DNA of 64,000 nt from positions 9,845 through 73,844 of the IMG/VR virus record IMGVR_UViG_3300036985_002638. One strand, 5' to 3'. The stretch comes from a virus. The position numbers were made by a program, and so were the translations under genes. Under the pieces are notes generated by a model that saw only the letters and a list, made by a program, of their open reading frames with translations, searched no databases and had not been told where the DNA came from. The stretch's first letter is position 1; each line of letters opens with the position of its first letter. Below, one piece after another: positions 45,845-55,752 of this stretch.

Positions 45845-46508
45845 AACTATATGTTTTAATTGATTAGTAAAGTTAAGTAAAGCCGCCTTATGTATTTTAG
45901 AAACCCTATAACCATTAACCCCTTAATGGCAAAATATCACTCGGCGGCTTAATATTGATTTAATTTGATTTTAATGAGGTTAAATATTTTTATAGTACTT
46001 TGTATTAGATTTATTGTTAAGTGTCGGCAGAATTGAAATTTGATAAGTAGAATTTGATTTTAATATCAACTTATTAGTTTGCATTATACATCCGCCTATA
46101 AATTATCTGTGTCTGCCTAAATATTGGATATGAATTTGTTTACCGTCTGAAAATCCAGTTAATGTATCGGGTGTTGTTGGGTTGTTACTTATGCACCCTA
46201 TCTCTTCAGGCATATTATATCTATCTGTTTGGTATCCATTAAATGCTACAGATACTGATAAAGCTAATATTAATGCGATTATAAATTTATCTTTATTGTC
46301 CATGTTTTTAGTTGTTTAAGATTATACTTCCGTTTTATAATTCAAGTTTGAGTTAAAAAAGTGTTTTTTGTTCGTTTTGTTTGTTTTCTATATATTTCAT
46401 GCAAGCCTTTTTACTACTAAACTTAGCATAAAACATCCATTGGCCGTTAACTTTCTTATCAAGGCTCCAGCCTCCTATTGATTTTCTTATCTCGTACATG
46501 ATTTCTAT

Positions 46509-46820
46509 TTATTTAGTTGCTTTTTCAATGGCTTTATCAATAAATTCTTGCGCCTCTGTAGTTAAGTTTTTACAGTTTAATAAAGCTACATTCAAGGCTT
46601 CTAATAAGTCTGGAGCTGCTAATATTAGTTTAGCGTCTGCTCTTTGTCTTTCGTTTAATACATTTGATCCTAAATTAGTTTCAATCTTGCATACTACCTG
46701 AGTAGTCCAATGGGTTCTATCTTCCATGTCGCAAATTTTACCGTTATTGCTTGAGTATGTGCTTGTTACTCTTCCATCAATACCCATTTCCCATGTTCCT
46801 GGCGTGTGTTTAGTTTCCAT
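46509..46820 (-). CDS. Second KHTPGPW...AAP family protein
   Basis: KHTPGTW and ADAKLILAAPDLLEAL. Confidence 0.7.
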   Translation of the reverse strand: METKHTPGTWEMGIDGRVTSTYSSNNGKICDMEDRTHWTTQVVCKIETNLGSNVLNERQRADAKLILAAPDLLEALNVALLNCKNLTTEAQEFIDKAIEKATK

Positions 46821-46832
46821 ATTTTCTAGTTT

Positions 46833-47054
46833 TTAGATTGTTTTTACGTTAATTACTGGACAAAGTTTCTTTATTTCGTTATAAATTTTAAGGCATTCAA
46901 TGGCGGTTTTGCTATAAAATAGTTTATAAGCAAGTGCTTGATTAACATTATACATCCGTTCATAATTAGCCTTTTTAAAGCCTATTGTTATCACTTCATT
47001 ACTGTACTTCATGTAAGTTATAACTCCGTTCTGTGGTAATATCGTGTGTATCAT
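46833..47054 (-). CDS. KTSC-like protein (divergent)
   Basis: ITYMKY...ITIGFK...MYNV..ALAYKLFYS pattern. Confidence 0.4.
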   Translation of the reverse strand: MIHTILPQNGVITYMKYSNEVITIGFKKANYERMYNVNQALAYKLFYSKTAIECLKIYNEIKKLCPVINVKTI

Positions 47055-48872
47055 TATACGTCCTGTTATTAATTAAGGTTTAATCGTGTCTCTATTTTGA
47101 TCCTTACTGTATCTTTTAAACTTCTTTCTGAGTTTGTTTCATCTCCCAATGCTACATTAAGCCAATTAATATGAGGGTATTTGTCGGCGGCGCTGTTAAT
47201 TAATTGGGCTTTTTGTCTGTATAAACTGAATATCTTTTCAGCCTTATTGGCGGGTATATCAGCCTTTGCTTTTACTTCTTTAATGTCGTTTACTATTAAT
47301 TGAATAAGGCTTTTAAAGGCTTCAATATTAATCATATCGCTTTTAGTTAGGTTTTTCATAGTTGTATGTATTAAGGGTTAAATTATATTATAGTTCCTAT
47401 TTATGTTTAATGTGGTAATTTTGAGAGTGCGCGTAACCTAAGTAGCACCCGTGGCATTTTGAACTATAGTCTTTGCCTAAATAAACTGGTGACAAGTCCT
47501 CTCTATCTGTTATAAATATTACTTCGTTAACTTCATCGCCTGTTGACATAGATTTGTATGTATCTACTCTGCTATAACTTGAACATCTTACTTTGTCAAT
47601 TACTGTAAATTTAACTGGAGTAAAGGTTCCATAGTTTGTATGCTGAACTTTTGGATTTTTTATCTTTATATCTTTCATGGCTAAATGTATTATAGTTCCG
47701 TTTATAAATTAAAATAAGCTAATTTGTTCAAAGTTTGCCTTTAGTCTGTCTGCTACTGCGTACATTCCACATTTAGTTGCTGGCACCTTAGTATGTGTTA
47801 ATATCTCCATTATCTGAACTCTCAAACTCTTATTGTTTGGTCCTGCTAAAAACATACTTACGTTCATCTCAAAATGAAACCTATCTGCGTTATATTCGTT
47901 TCTTAACTGCTCTATAACTTTTAATGCTTTCTCTTTCATGGGGTTAAATTTTATAGGGTTTATATTATAGTTCCTTTATTAAATTGGATTAGATGATAGC
48001 ATTATAAACTGTCCGTGTTTATCTATCATTTGTTTATTAAACTCTGTTAAGTCTTGCGTATCTGTGTAAATTTCTGTTACTGGTCCTCGCGGTGTCAATA
48101 GTTTTATTTCGTATTTCATGGCTATAAGGTTTTAATGTTTACTTCTCCATATTTTAATAGCGTCTTTAACTGAGTAGTCAAAAAACTTTTGTCCATTAAT
48201 ATTAATACAGCCGTTTGCATATTTGTATGCAAAAATTCCGTTTCTTACTTTTGTTTTGCTTATTGGTGTATCGAATAACATAATTTTAAGGTTTTAAATA
48301 TTTATACTAATTTATTTATACAAAGGTTACATTATAGCTCCTTTAATTAATTAAGTCCTTTATCGTTAAATTTTACTCTTACACTTATTCTTCCTGTTTG
48401 CTTCCAGAATATTAAAGTCTTTGGCCCAAACATATAACAAAATTTATATAGTGCCTTATCTGTTTCTTTAACCGTGGCGCCGTTACAAGTTGCTAAAAAA
48501 GCTCTTTTATTTTCTTGGATAGTATTATTATTTAATGTTTTCATGGCTTTTATGTTTTAATAGTTTTAAATTATAGTTCCTTTAATCTTTTAAATATTCA
48601 AGCATATCATTTATACACTCGCTTGTTGTTTCTCCCTCGTCTGCTCTATCATAGTATGTATAAACGTCAAACCAATTTTCAAAATCATTCTTTTGTCTTG
48701 TACTTAGTTTTTTATATAGTTCTTGCGCTTGCTTGCGTTGTCCGTTGGTCCTACTATCTAATATATACTCGAAATATTCTTCAATAGTATTGAAATCTAG
48801 TCCTTTTATTGTTGCTTTACTTACCATGGTTTCTAATTATTAAGGGGTTAAAATTATTTGCTTGTTGTTTTA

Positions 48873-49082
48873 TTAGTTGTTTAAATATCTAGTGTTAAAT
48901 TCTATTTGTGTTACTTTTTGAGGGGTTTTATTGAGATTAAAAGCTACTTCCTCGATAAATTCTAAATTGTCAGGATTTTTAATATTGTTAGTCCATTTCG
49001 GGCAAGCATCAACATTAAATTTTTGTAGTGTGCAGCTATTTAATAAAATTGTGCTTGCTAGTGTTACAATTACTGTTTTCAT
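48873..49082 (-). CDS. Small putative lipoprotein
   Basis: LLNS|C lipobox after a hydrophobic stretch. Confidence 0.5.
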   Translation of the reverse strand: MKTVIVTLASTILLNSCTLQKFNVDACPKWTNNIKNPDNLEFIEEVAFNLNKTPQKVTQIEFNTRYLNN

Positions 49083-51006
49083 GGTTTTGGGGTTTTTAGG
49101 GGTTAAAATTATTATTTATCAATCGGCGGGCTTTATCGAATACGGTTAATATAATTGTATAGTCTTAATCTTGCTTTGTATCTTGTATCAACATATATCT
49201 CAGCATCGAATTTAATCTCCCAATTTTGGGCTGTGTCACTATCATTGGTTAATCTCTCAACCGTTTGATCTTTGGCGTTTTTGTAAACTACATGTAATAA
49301 ATATGGCTTTTGCATTTTCTTAAATTTTAGATTGTTTTTAACTCAACTTTGCGTTATATTTCCTTTTATTAATTAATCAAATTTTAAAGGCACTATTTCA
49401 CTTATCATTATCTCTATATTGTTACTGTATAGTTCCTTTTCTCCTTTCTTCCATTTTTCTATATCGTATTTTGATGGTTCGTTGTTGTCTTCGTCTACTA
49501 AATTACTCCACCATAAAACGGTTTTATCTTCGTTTGTTTCCGCGTGTTCAAAATTGAACGGCAAATAAATAGTATTATTAAAGTGATTTTCTATTGCCTC
49601 GCGTATTGTTTCCGTTTTTTGTGTGCTTTCAATATCATAACAATTAACCTGTTTTCCTTCTCCTTCGTTATAACTGTCAATATATACCGTGTGAATTGTT
49701 GTTACTTTAAATTTTCTCATGGTTTCCTGGTTTTAAGTTGTTAATATTTGATTTTTGTTTTTGCGGTTCGGCGGATGTGCCTATTTATATACTTTCATTA
49801 ATTCTATTATATGCCTTTCATCTTCTTGTATATTATATGACTGTATTAATATTCCTCCGTCATATCTTTTATTATGGTATTTCTTCCCTCCTATCTTCTT
49901 AGCTCTCTGTAATGCTAATTTATATTTATTGTCAATTCCTATATATATCCCTGTCTTATCATAATCATCGTTATCAGTTATGAAGTTTAAAAAGTGACAA
50001 ACATATCTAGGGTTCCCGTTAATATCATTGTTAACCCTTGTCCATTCTATTTTATTTGTAGTTTCCATATCTTTATATATTTAAATTGTTATTTACCTTG
50101 TATCTTTAATCCTTAACCGTTGGTAGTCGTTTGTTGTCGGTTAATATAAACCTATTTATGTATGTGTATTATATAATTTTTATACTTCCAACATATTAAC
50201 GTTCAATTAGTTACGCGCTTTAAATCTCTCTAATTGGTGGTGAATATTTGCGTATAAATCCGAAATTAAATCGCTTAAAATGTCGTTTAGTTGGTACATT
50301 TCCAGGTCATACAACTGGTTAAAAGTATCTCCATTAACTAAATGAGGCGCTGTTTCTCTGTAATTGTCTAATATGCAGCCAATTAGCTCGGTTTTAGCTT
50401 GGCGTTCTCTATTCATTAGGTCGCGGAGTTTTAGGGTTATTTGTGGATTTTTCATTGGTTCTATTTTTTTAGGGGGTTAAAAATGTTAAAAGCTTGTAAA
50501 CATTGGTGTCTATACGGTGGACGAATAGCATTTTGTGGTTAAAATTCTGGTGCAATTATACCGAATCCGCCAAAGTCTTTATGTATGTTTAAATCTTTTG
50601 CTTTCTCGCTTTTAATCTTTATAGCGTATCCTCTAGCGTCAAAATTGATATATACTAAATCTTTTGCTTTTTCGCCTAATATCTTAACTAACTGCTTTTC
50701 AATACCGTTAAAAAATACCTCTACTTCTTTTTCTGTAGCATCTTTTAAATCATATCCAGTAAACTTATTACGTTCTAATAAATTTAATGTGTTTGTATTC
50801 ATTAGGCAAGTTGTGGCAAGATGTGCTTTTCTTTCTACTCTTATAAGTTTTTTGCATAGTTCTATTGGTTCAATTCCAGTATTAAAAATATTGTTTAGGT
50901 TTTCGCCGTGTCTTTTAATGTTATTATACATTAATTCTTTTTTAGTTTCTGCTTTCATGGTTTCTAGTTTTATAGGGTTAGTATGTTTGTTTGTTTGCTT
51001 ATTCAA

Positions 51007-51730
51007 ATATCGTTATTCTTTCGGGACCATATTAAATATTGGTATGAACGGTAAAACAAATTTGTTAGCGGTAAAATAGATTTATGAGTGGTAAAAGGAT
51101 CTATTAAAAAACGTGTTAAAATTTACCCTATTTATTTAACCTTTATACTAAGTCCAAAAATGATAGTTTAAATTAAAACCGTGCCAAAATCGTATAAATT
51201 TAAACTATTACATAAGCGGTAATAATCCAGGATAAGCGGTAATGGCTCAAATAGCCGTTTGTTGTCGGTTAATAGCGTGCCAAAATTACTGTAAATATGT
51301 TAAATTATAAGCTATTACATGAACGGTTATAATCAATGATGAACGGCAAAGGTTAATTATCCGTTTGTTGTCGGTTATTCTGACTCAATTTTGAGTTATA
51401 AACGTGTGTTATTCCTGGGATAGGTTGTTATGTGTCGGCGCGTTATAAAATGATTATGCAAGGCGGCGGCCTTACTAAAATAATATATTTATATATATAA
51501 CATTACTAATTTATTTACTTATCTACTAGCATAGCATAAACCAATTTACCATATATAAATACTAATTTACTAATCCTAATAAATCCTAATTTCAAATATC
51601 TGTTTAGCTTTTCGTCTTTGTATTATCCCCCCCGTCCCCCGCTTTTTGTTTCTGTTGTAAAATTTAAGCTATATAGTCCCACGAAAGTTTTAATTTTTTA
51701 AAAAAAAATTTGATGTTTATTTTATCAATG
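51007..51730. other. Non-coding strand-switch region with short repeats (candidate genome end or origin)
   Basis: Divergent transcription, no credible ORF, several repeat families, poly-C tract at 51627-51640. Confidence 0.55.
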
Positions 51731-51769
51731 TTGTAACCTTTAGGGAATGGTTAACGTATAAGGTGTAAT

Positions 51770-51940
51770 ATGAAAATAACGGCAGCAAAGGGGTTTTTGA
51801 GACAAGTTAAGAAGGCTATGGAAGGAAAGGTATTAATGTGGGATTGGGTGGATGAGAGGTGGATTGTAGGGGATTTGTATAAGGTTAAGAGGTTTAGTAA
51901 GTGGACAGTAGTGATAAAAGATTTTAGTAATGAGAAGTAG
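51770..51940 (+). CDS. 56 aa ORF absent from the ORF track (MKITAAKGFLRQ...)
   Basis: ATG about 8 nt after the CGTATAA promoter element; stop overlaps the next gene. Confidence 0.55.
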   Translation: MKITAAKGFLRQVKKAMEGKVLMWDWVDERWIVGDLYKVKRFSKWTVVIKDFSNEK

Positions 51941-52169
51941 AAGTAAAGTAAAGGAAGTAGTAGGTTCGGATTATGTTTTGACATTTGGTAAGCATAAGGG
52001 TAAGGCTATATGGTGGATTCTTATGAATGATTGTGGTTACGTGGTGTGGTTAGTAGATAACGATGTATTAAGTTTATCTGAGGGGATATATGAAGAAGCT
52101 AAGGCTTTTTATAGTGAGATGGATGATATGAATGCAGGGTTCGGCGGATGTGAGGTAGATATTTACTAA
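51930..52169 (+). CDS. DUF3820/exodeoxyribonuclease X C-terminal-like protein
   Basis: LTFGKHKGK.I..I...D.GYVVWL. Confidence 0.7.
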   Translation: MRSRSKVKEVVGSDYVLTFGKHKGKAIWWILMNDCGYVVWLVDNDVLSLSEGIYEEAKAFYSEMDDMNAGFGGCEVDIY

Positions 52170-52220
52170 ATAAATTAAAATAATTGTAACCTTTTAAAGG
52201 GATAATAAGTATAAGGGTGT

Positions 52221-52418
52221 ATGGAAGAGAATAAAGGTTCCGCCGAAATGGTGGATAGAAAAGAAGGATATTATTGGGTTAGATATACTAAGTCAGAAGA
52301 ATTTGAGGTTGCTAAGTGGTGGCCAAAGGAGGGTAATTGGACTAGAAATAACTACGAGTGGGAGTTCTGGGATGAAGATTTTTACGAAATAGATGAAAGA
52401 CAGATATGCAGAAGTTAA
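52221..52418 (+). CDS. Trp-rich small phage protein
   Basis: RKEGYYWVRY...EIDE. Confidence 0.55.
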   Translation: MEENKGSAEMVDRKEGYYWVRYTKSEEFEVAKWWPKEGNWTRNNYEWEFWDEDFYEIDERQICRS

Positions 52419-52629
52419 CCTTAATAGAAGATATGATGCCACATGAGATAGTGTTGTATTACTTTCCAACGGCAGATGAAAACGATATTGATTGGATATT
52501 GTGGAACAAGACAGTATTTCCTTATGGGCCGATAGAGAAGATAAATGATAGTATTTATGAGTGGTATTTAAAAAATAACTCAACTTTGAGTTAAAAATAG
52601 GTAATTAATAAAAAAGTAATTAATTTAGC

Positions 52630-52971
52630 ATGGTGTCAACTAATAAGATAAAACCTTACGCGATATACGATAGTGTATATGATTTACAGTATATGGAACT
52701 GTATAGTGGTAGTGAAAGAGATCCTGTAGTGGATGCTTCGATATATGCTGTAGACAACTTAGCTTTTGATTGTTTTGGTAGTAAACTTCCTTTTAGTATA
52801 CAAGTAGGATTAAATGCTCAGTATTTAGATAGAAGTAAATACTTACTTGAGGATATGGATAAGAGGGTTGTGAGATGTAGTCAGAGAGTTACAGTTACTA
52901 TTATCGTATTTAATAACATGGATGATTACTTATGGTATGAAAACGGAGAGAAAACATGGATAGATTTATAA
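52630..52971 (+). CDS. Hypothetical protein
   Basis: 113 aa. Confidence 0.45.
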   Translation: MVSTNKIKPYAIYDSVYDLQYMELYSGSERDPVVDASIYAVDNLAFDCFGSKLPFSIQVGLNAQYLDRSKYLLEDMDKRVVRCSQRVTVTIIVFNNMDDYLWYENGEKTWIDL

Positions 52972-53319
52972 GCCAAACATATAGTTATAGTACTCATAGA
53001 AATTACTTTATGAATAGTACAGGAGACTTATTTATAAATAAAGAAGGAGATTTATTAATTTATTACAGATTTGAATATGGCAAGTAATAGTGAATACGAA
53101 CAAAGAAGAAGTTTTGAGGGTAATAAGTCTAATGCTATAATAGAGGAAATAGATGGCATTATGTGGTTTACACCAACATCTCAATTAGAAAGCGGCAGGA
53201 AGATAGTTCGCATAACTGGGTATGAAATGGCAATGCTTGACGATAAACAAGATAAGTTACTAGTTCATCCGTCTACTATATACAATCCAAATAGTAAAAT
53301 TTAAAAACCAAATAAATAT

Positions 53320-54108
53320 ATGAAAAGAACAATTAGTAAAATCACTGTTAATTCAGGAGGTTTAAAGGGATTAATCCTAGAGGGTCGCGAAGATGTGGCT
53401 AAGAACAACAAGATTACTGAAGATGGCTTCAAGTTAACTAAAAAGCATCCGATTTCGAGAGATTTAGAAGACAAACTTAAAGAGTTTCGTTTTTTTGCTT
53501 TAAATATTTGTGGTTTAATAACAGATAGTACAAGTAAGAATGAGAAATTAATGTTACTTGACGGATGTGATGTATTATCTATTGAGTTCGAGAAGGGTGT
53601 TACTGGTTACTTTAAGATTAAGGTAGCAAGCCGAGTATTTGATACTAAGACTATTACATTAAGCACTCCAAAGACAGATTCTAGTGACGATTATCAGTAT
53701 TTTGATACAGTTATGAATGTAGTAGAGTCATTATTAGAAGAAGTTGAGCAGTATGAGAAGGGATTGAAACAAATCAGTGACGAAGACTTAATGATAAGCT
53801 ATATCAGACACGGTAAAGATAAGAGTATGGATTTAGACAAGTTAAATGAGATGTCGGCGGAAGAAAAAGCGGATTACTGTCAATCCATCCTTGAGAAACT
53901 AGGATGCTTAGTTATTCGTCCTGATGAAGTATATGAAGAAGGAGAAATAGAAGAAGTGTCTTTAGAAACTAATGTACAACCATTAATGTTAGATATGGAC
54001 CCAATGAGTGATGAATCTCAAGAAGTATGGGAACATACTATGCCACAAGAAGATGAAATTGAGCCTTTAGAATTAAAAATTGCAGAACCAATTAAACTAA
54101 AAAAATAA
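53320..54108 (+). CDS. Hypothetical protein with acidic C-terminus
   Basis: 262 aa. Confidence 0.55.
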   Translation: MKRTISKITVNSGGLKGLILEGREDVAKNNKITEDGFKLTKKHPISRDLEDKLKEFRFFALNICGLITDSTSKNEKLMLLDGCDVLSIEFEKGVTGYFKIKVASRVFDTKTITLSTPKTDSSDDYQYFDTVMNVVESLLEEVEQYEKGLKQISDEDLMISYIRHGKDKSMDLDKLNEMSAEEKADYCQSILEKLGCLVIRPDEVYEEGEIEEVSLETNVQPLMLDMDPMSDESQEVWEHTMPQEDEIEPLELKIAEPIKLKK

Positions 54109-54110
54109 AT

Positions 54111-54923
54111 ATGATTCATAATCTATTTCCAAATGAGGTGTATTTAGAACCTAACGAACACAAGTATTTTGATTCTGAAGGTAATCAATACATCTCATTT
54201 TCGGCATTATACGGTAAACTTGTAAAGAAGTTTGATGCAGTAGGTATCAGTAAGCTAGTAAGTAAACACGGAGACAAGTCGGCGAGTGAAGTAAGACAAG
54301 GGTGGGAACAAACCGCCGTAAACGGCTCAAGAGTAGATGCTGCTTTAGAAAGATATGCTCAAACAGCTACTTTAGATGAAAGTGATGAAGATTTAAGAAC
54401 TTGCGTTGTAGATGTATTGTATAAGTACAGAAACTACTCTAAAACATTTGAGCAAGGAATACCTTACTCTAAAGAATATAGGGTAGCAGGTAGTTGGGAT
54501 AAATTAAGTTTAACTTCTAATCGTAAAGATAGTAAGTTTGTGTTATCTGACTTTAAATGCTTTGTTAAGGGATACGATTCTCTGTTTACTGTTAGTGGAC
54601 AACCTTTCTTAAACGCTCCATTTGAACATTTATCTAATACAAAGTTTACTAAAATCAGCTTACAGTTATCTTATTATAGCCATTTATTCGAGGAGTTGAC
54701 TGGGAGAAAGTGCGAGAAAGTATTTATAGACTTAATCACTCCTGTATTTGATTCTAATAATAAATTAATAAGTTATAAGAACGAAGTTGTACCAACAATG
54801 TATTTAAAAAACGATATTAAGATACTACTAGAAACTTATAAAGATGAGATAAAGTATATGCTAGATAATACGGTTAAAGCAGATTTTGTAGATGTATCCG
54901 CTGAAGATGATGAAATATTTTAA
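54111..54923 (+). CDS. PD-(D/E)XK (Cas4/RecB-like) exonuclease
   Basis: EHKYF, GSRVD, E..., AGSWD, SDFK, LQLSYY. Confidence 0.75.
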   Translation: MIHNLFPNEVYLEPNEHKYFDSEGNQYISFSALYGKLVKKFDAVGISKLVSKHGDKSASEVRQGWEQTAVNGSRVDAALERYAQTATLDESDEDLRTCVVDVLYKYRNYSKTFEQGIPYSKEYRVAGSWDKLSLTSNRKDSKFVLSDFKCFVKGYDSLFTVSGQPFLNAPFEHLSNTKFTKISLQLSYYSHLFEELTGRKCEKVFIDLITPVFDSNNKLISYKNEVVPTMYLKNDIKILLETYKDEIKYMLDNTVKADFVDVSAEDDEIF

Positions 54924-55156
54924 AAAATAACTCAAACTTGAATTAAAAAACATGAAATTTATAGCAACCTTAGTTTTGTTTTTAGGTATCGGAGGATGTA
55001 TAATAGTGGTAGTTGTAGCTAATGAAGAGAAAAAGACTCTTATAAAAGACTACAATAAACAGTTCCAAGACACTCCTTTATATTACAAGAGATACATAAG
55101 TACAAGTGTAGTTTATAAAAGTAAACACAAACATTAATAAAAATTTACTAAATTAG

Positions 55157-55187
55157 AGCCGAGTAGCGAGATGTTATTCGGCTTTTT
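55157..55187 (+). terminator. Intrinsic terminator upstream of the packaging operon
   Basis: AGCCGAGTAGC...GTTATTCGGCT-TTTT. Confidence 0.6.
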
Positions 55188-55205
55188 AGCATAAAACAAA
55201 ACAAT

Positions 55206-55751
55206 ATGAGTTATTTATTTTTTATTGACCAAAAGAACAATAAAGTTCTTCATCCAGATGTGGTAAAATTAGAACCGCAACTAGCCTTATTAACAGATAA
55301 GGAAGTTTTATTCATAATTTTAGCTTACGACTACAATTCAATTTACAGACAGTTTCCTGAAAGACAAAGAGTATCTAAGGCTATATTTCATGTTTGGCAA
55401 GATAATAAGCCTGAATTACTACACGAAGAGAAGCGTCCAAAACGTATATCGGAGGCTATTGAGGCATACAAGTCTTTACAATACAATAGAAATATTGAAT
55501 TAGTAGAAATGTATAATAAGAAAATAGACGAACTTCTTAACATATTAGACCACGATAATTCTACAACAGGTATTAAGAATGCTATGGACTCAATAGATAA
55601 GTTCAGAAAAGCAATTCAAGCAATAGAGAGAGAAGTGGTAGAAGAAAAGTTGCTTGATGGAGAGCTTAAAGGTAAAACAGAACTTAGTTTCCTTGAGAAA
55701 ATGAAGTCTAATCAAAAGATGTTTAAATCAGTAACAGCTAAACGAGGATAA
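55206..55751 (+). CDS. Putative terminase small subunit or packaging-associated protein
   Basis: 181 aa helical, immediately upstream of the large terminase. Confidence 0.4.
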   Translation: MSYLFFIDQKNNKVLHPDVVKLEPQLALLTDKEVLFIILAYDYNSIYRQFPERQRVSKAIFHVWQDNKPELLHEEKRPKRISEAIEAYKSLQYNRNIELVEMYNKKIDELLNILDHDNSTTGIKNAMDSIDKFRKAIQAIEREVVEEKLLDGELKGKTELSFLEKMKSNQKMFKSVTAKRG

Positions 55752-55752
55752 G

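Larger units (their letters stand above)
45298..51006 (-). other. Cluster of about 20 small co-oriented genes (putative early/host-takeover region)
   Basis: 60-155 aa ORFs at 45298-45555, 45545-45844, 46103-46303, 46509-46820, 46833-47054, 47069-47359, 47397-47678, 47709-47939, 48347-48544, 48582-48827, 48873-49082, 49133-49315, 49373-49720, 49781-50068, 50207-50455 and 50539-50958, plus shorter ones; many preceded by GGAnnTATAA. Confidence 0.7.

Noticed and set aside
51166-51286. Sigma-54 promoters (TTGGCACG on the minus strand, twice)
   Set aside because: The -24 box matches but the -12 position reads TAAT/TAAC rather than TTGC; kept only as a repeat.
54111-54923. Cas4 as part of a CRISPR system
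   Set aside because: Stand-alone phage PD-(D/E)XK nuclease lacking the four-Cys Fe-S pattern, with no array nearby.
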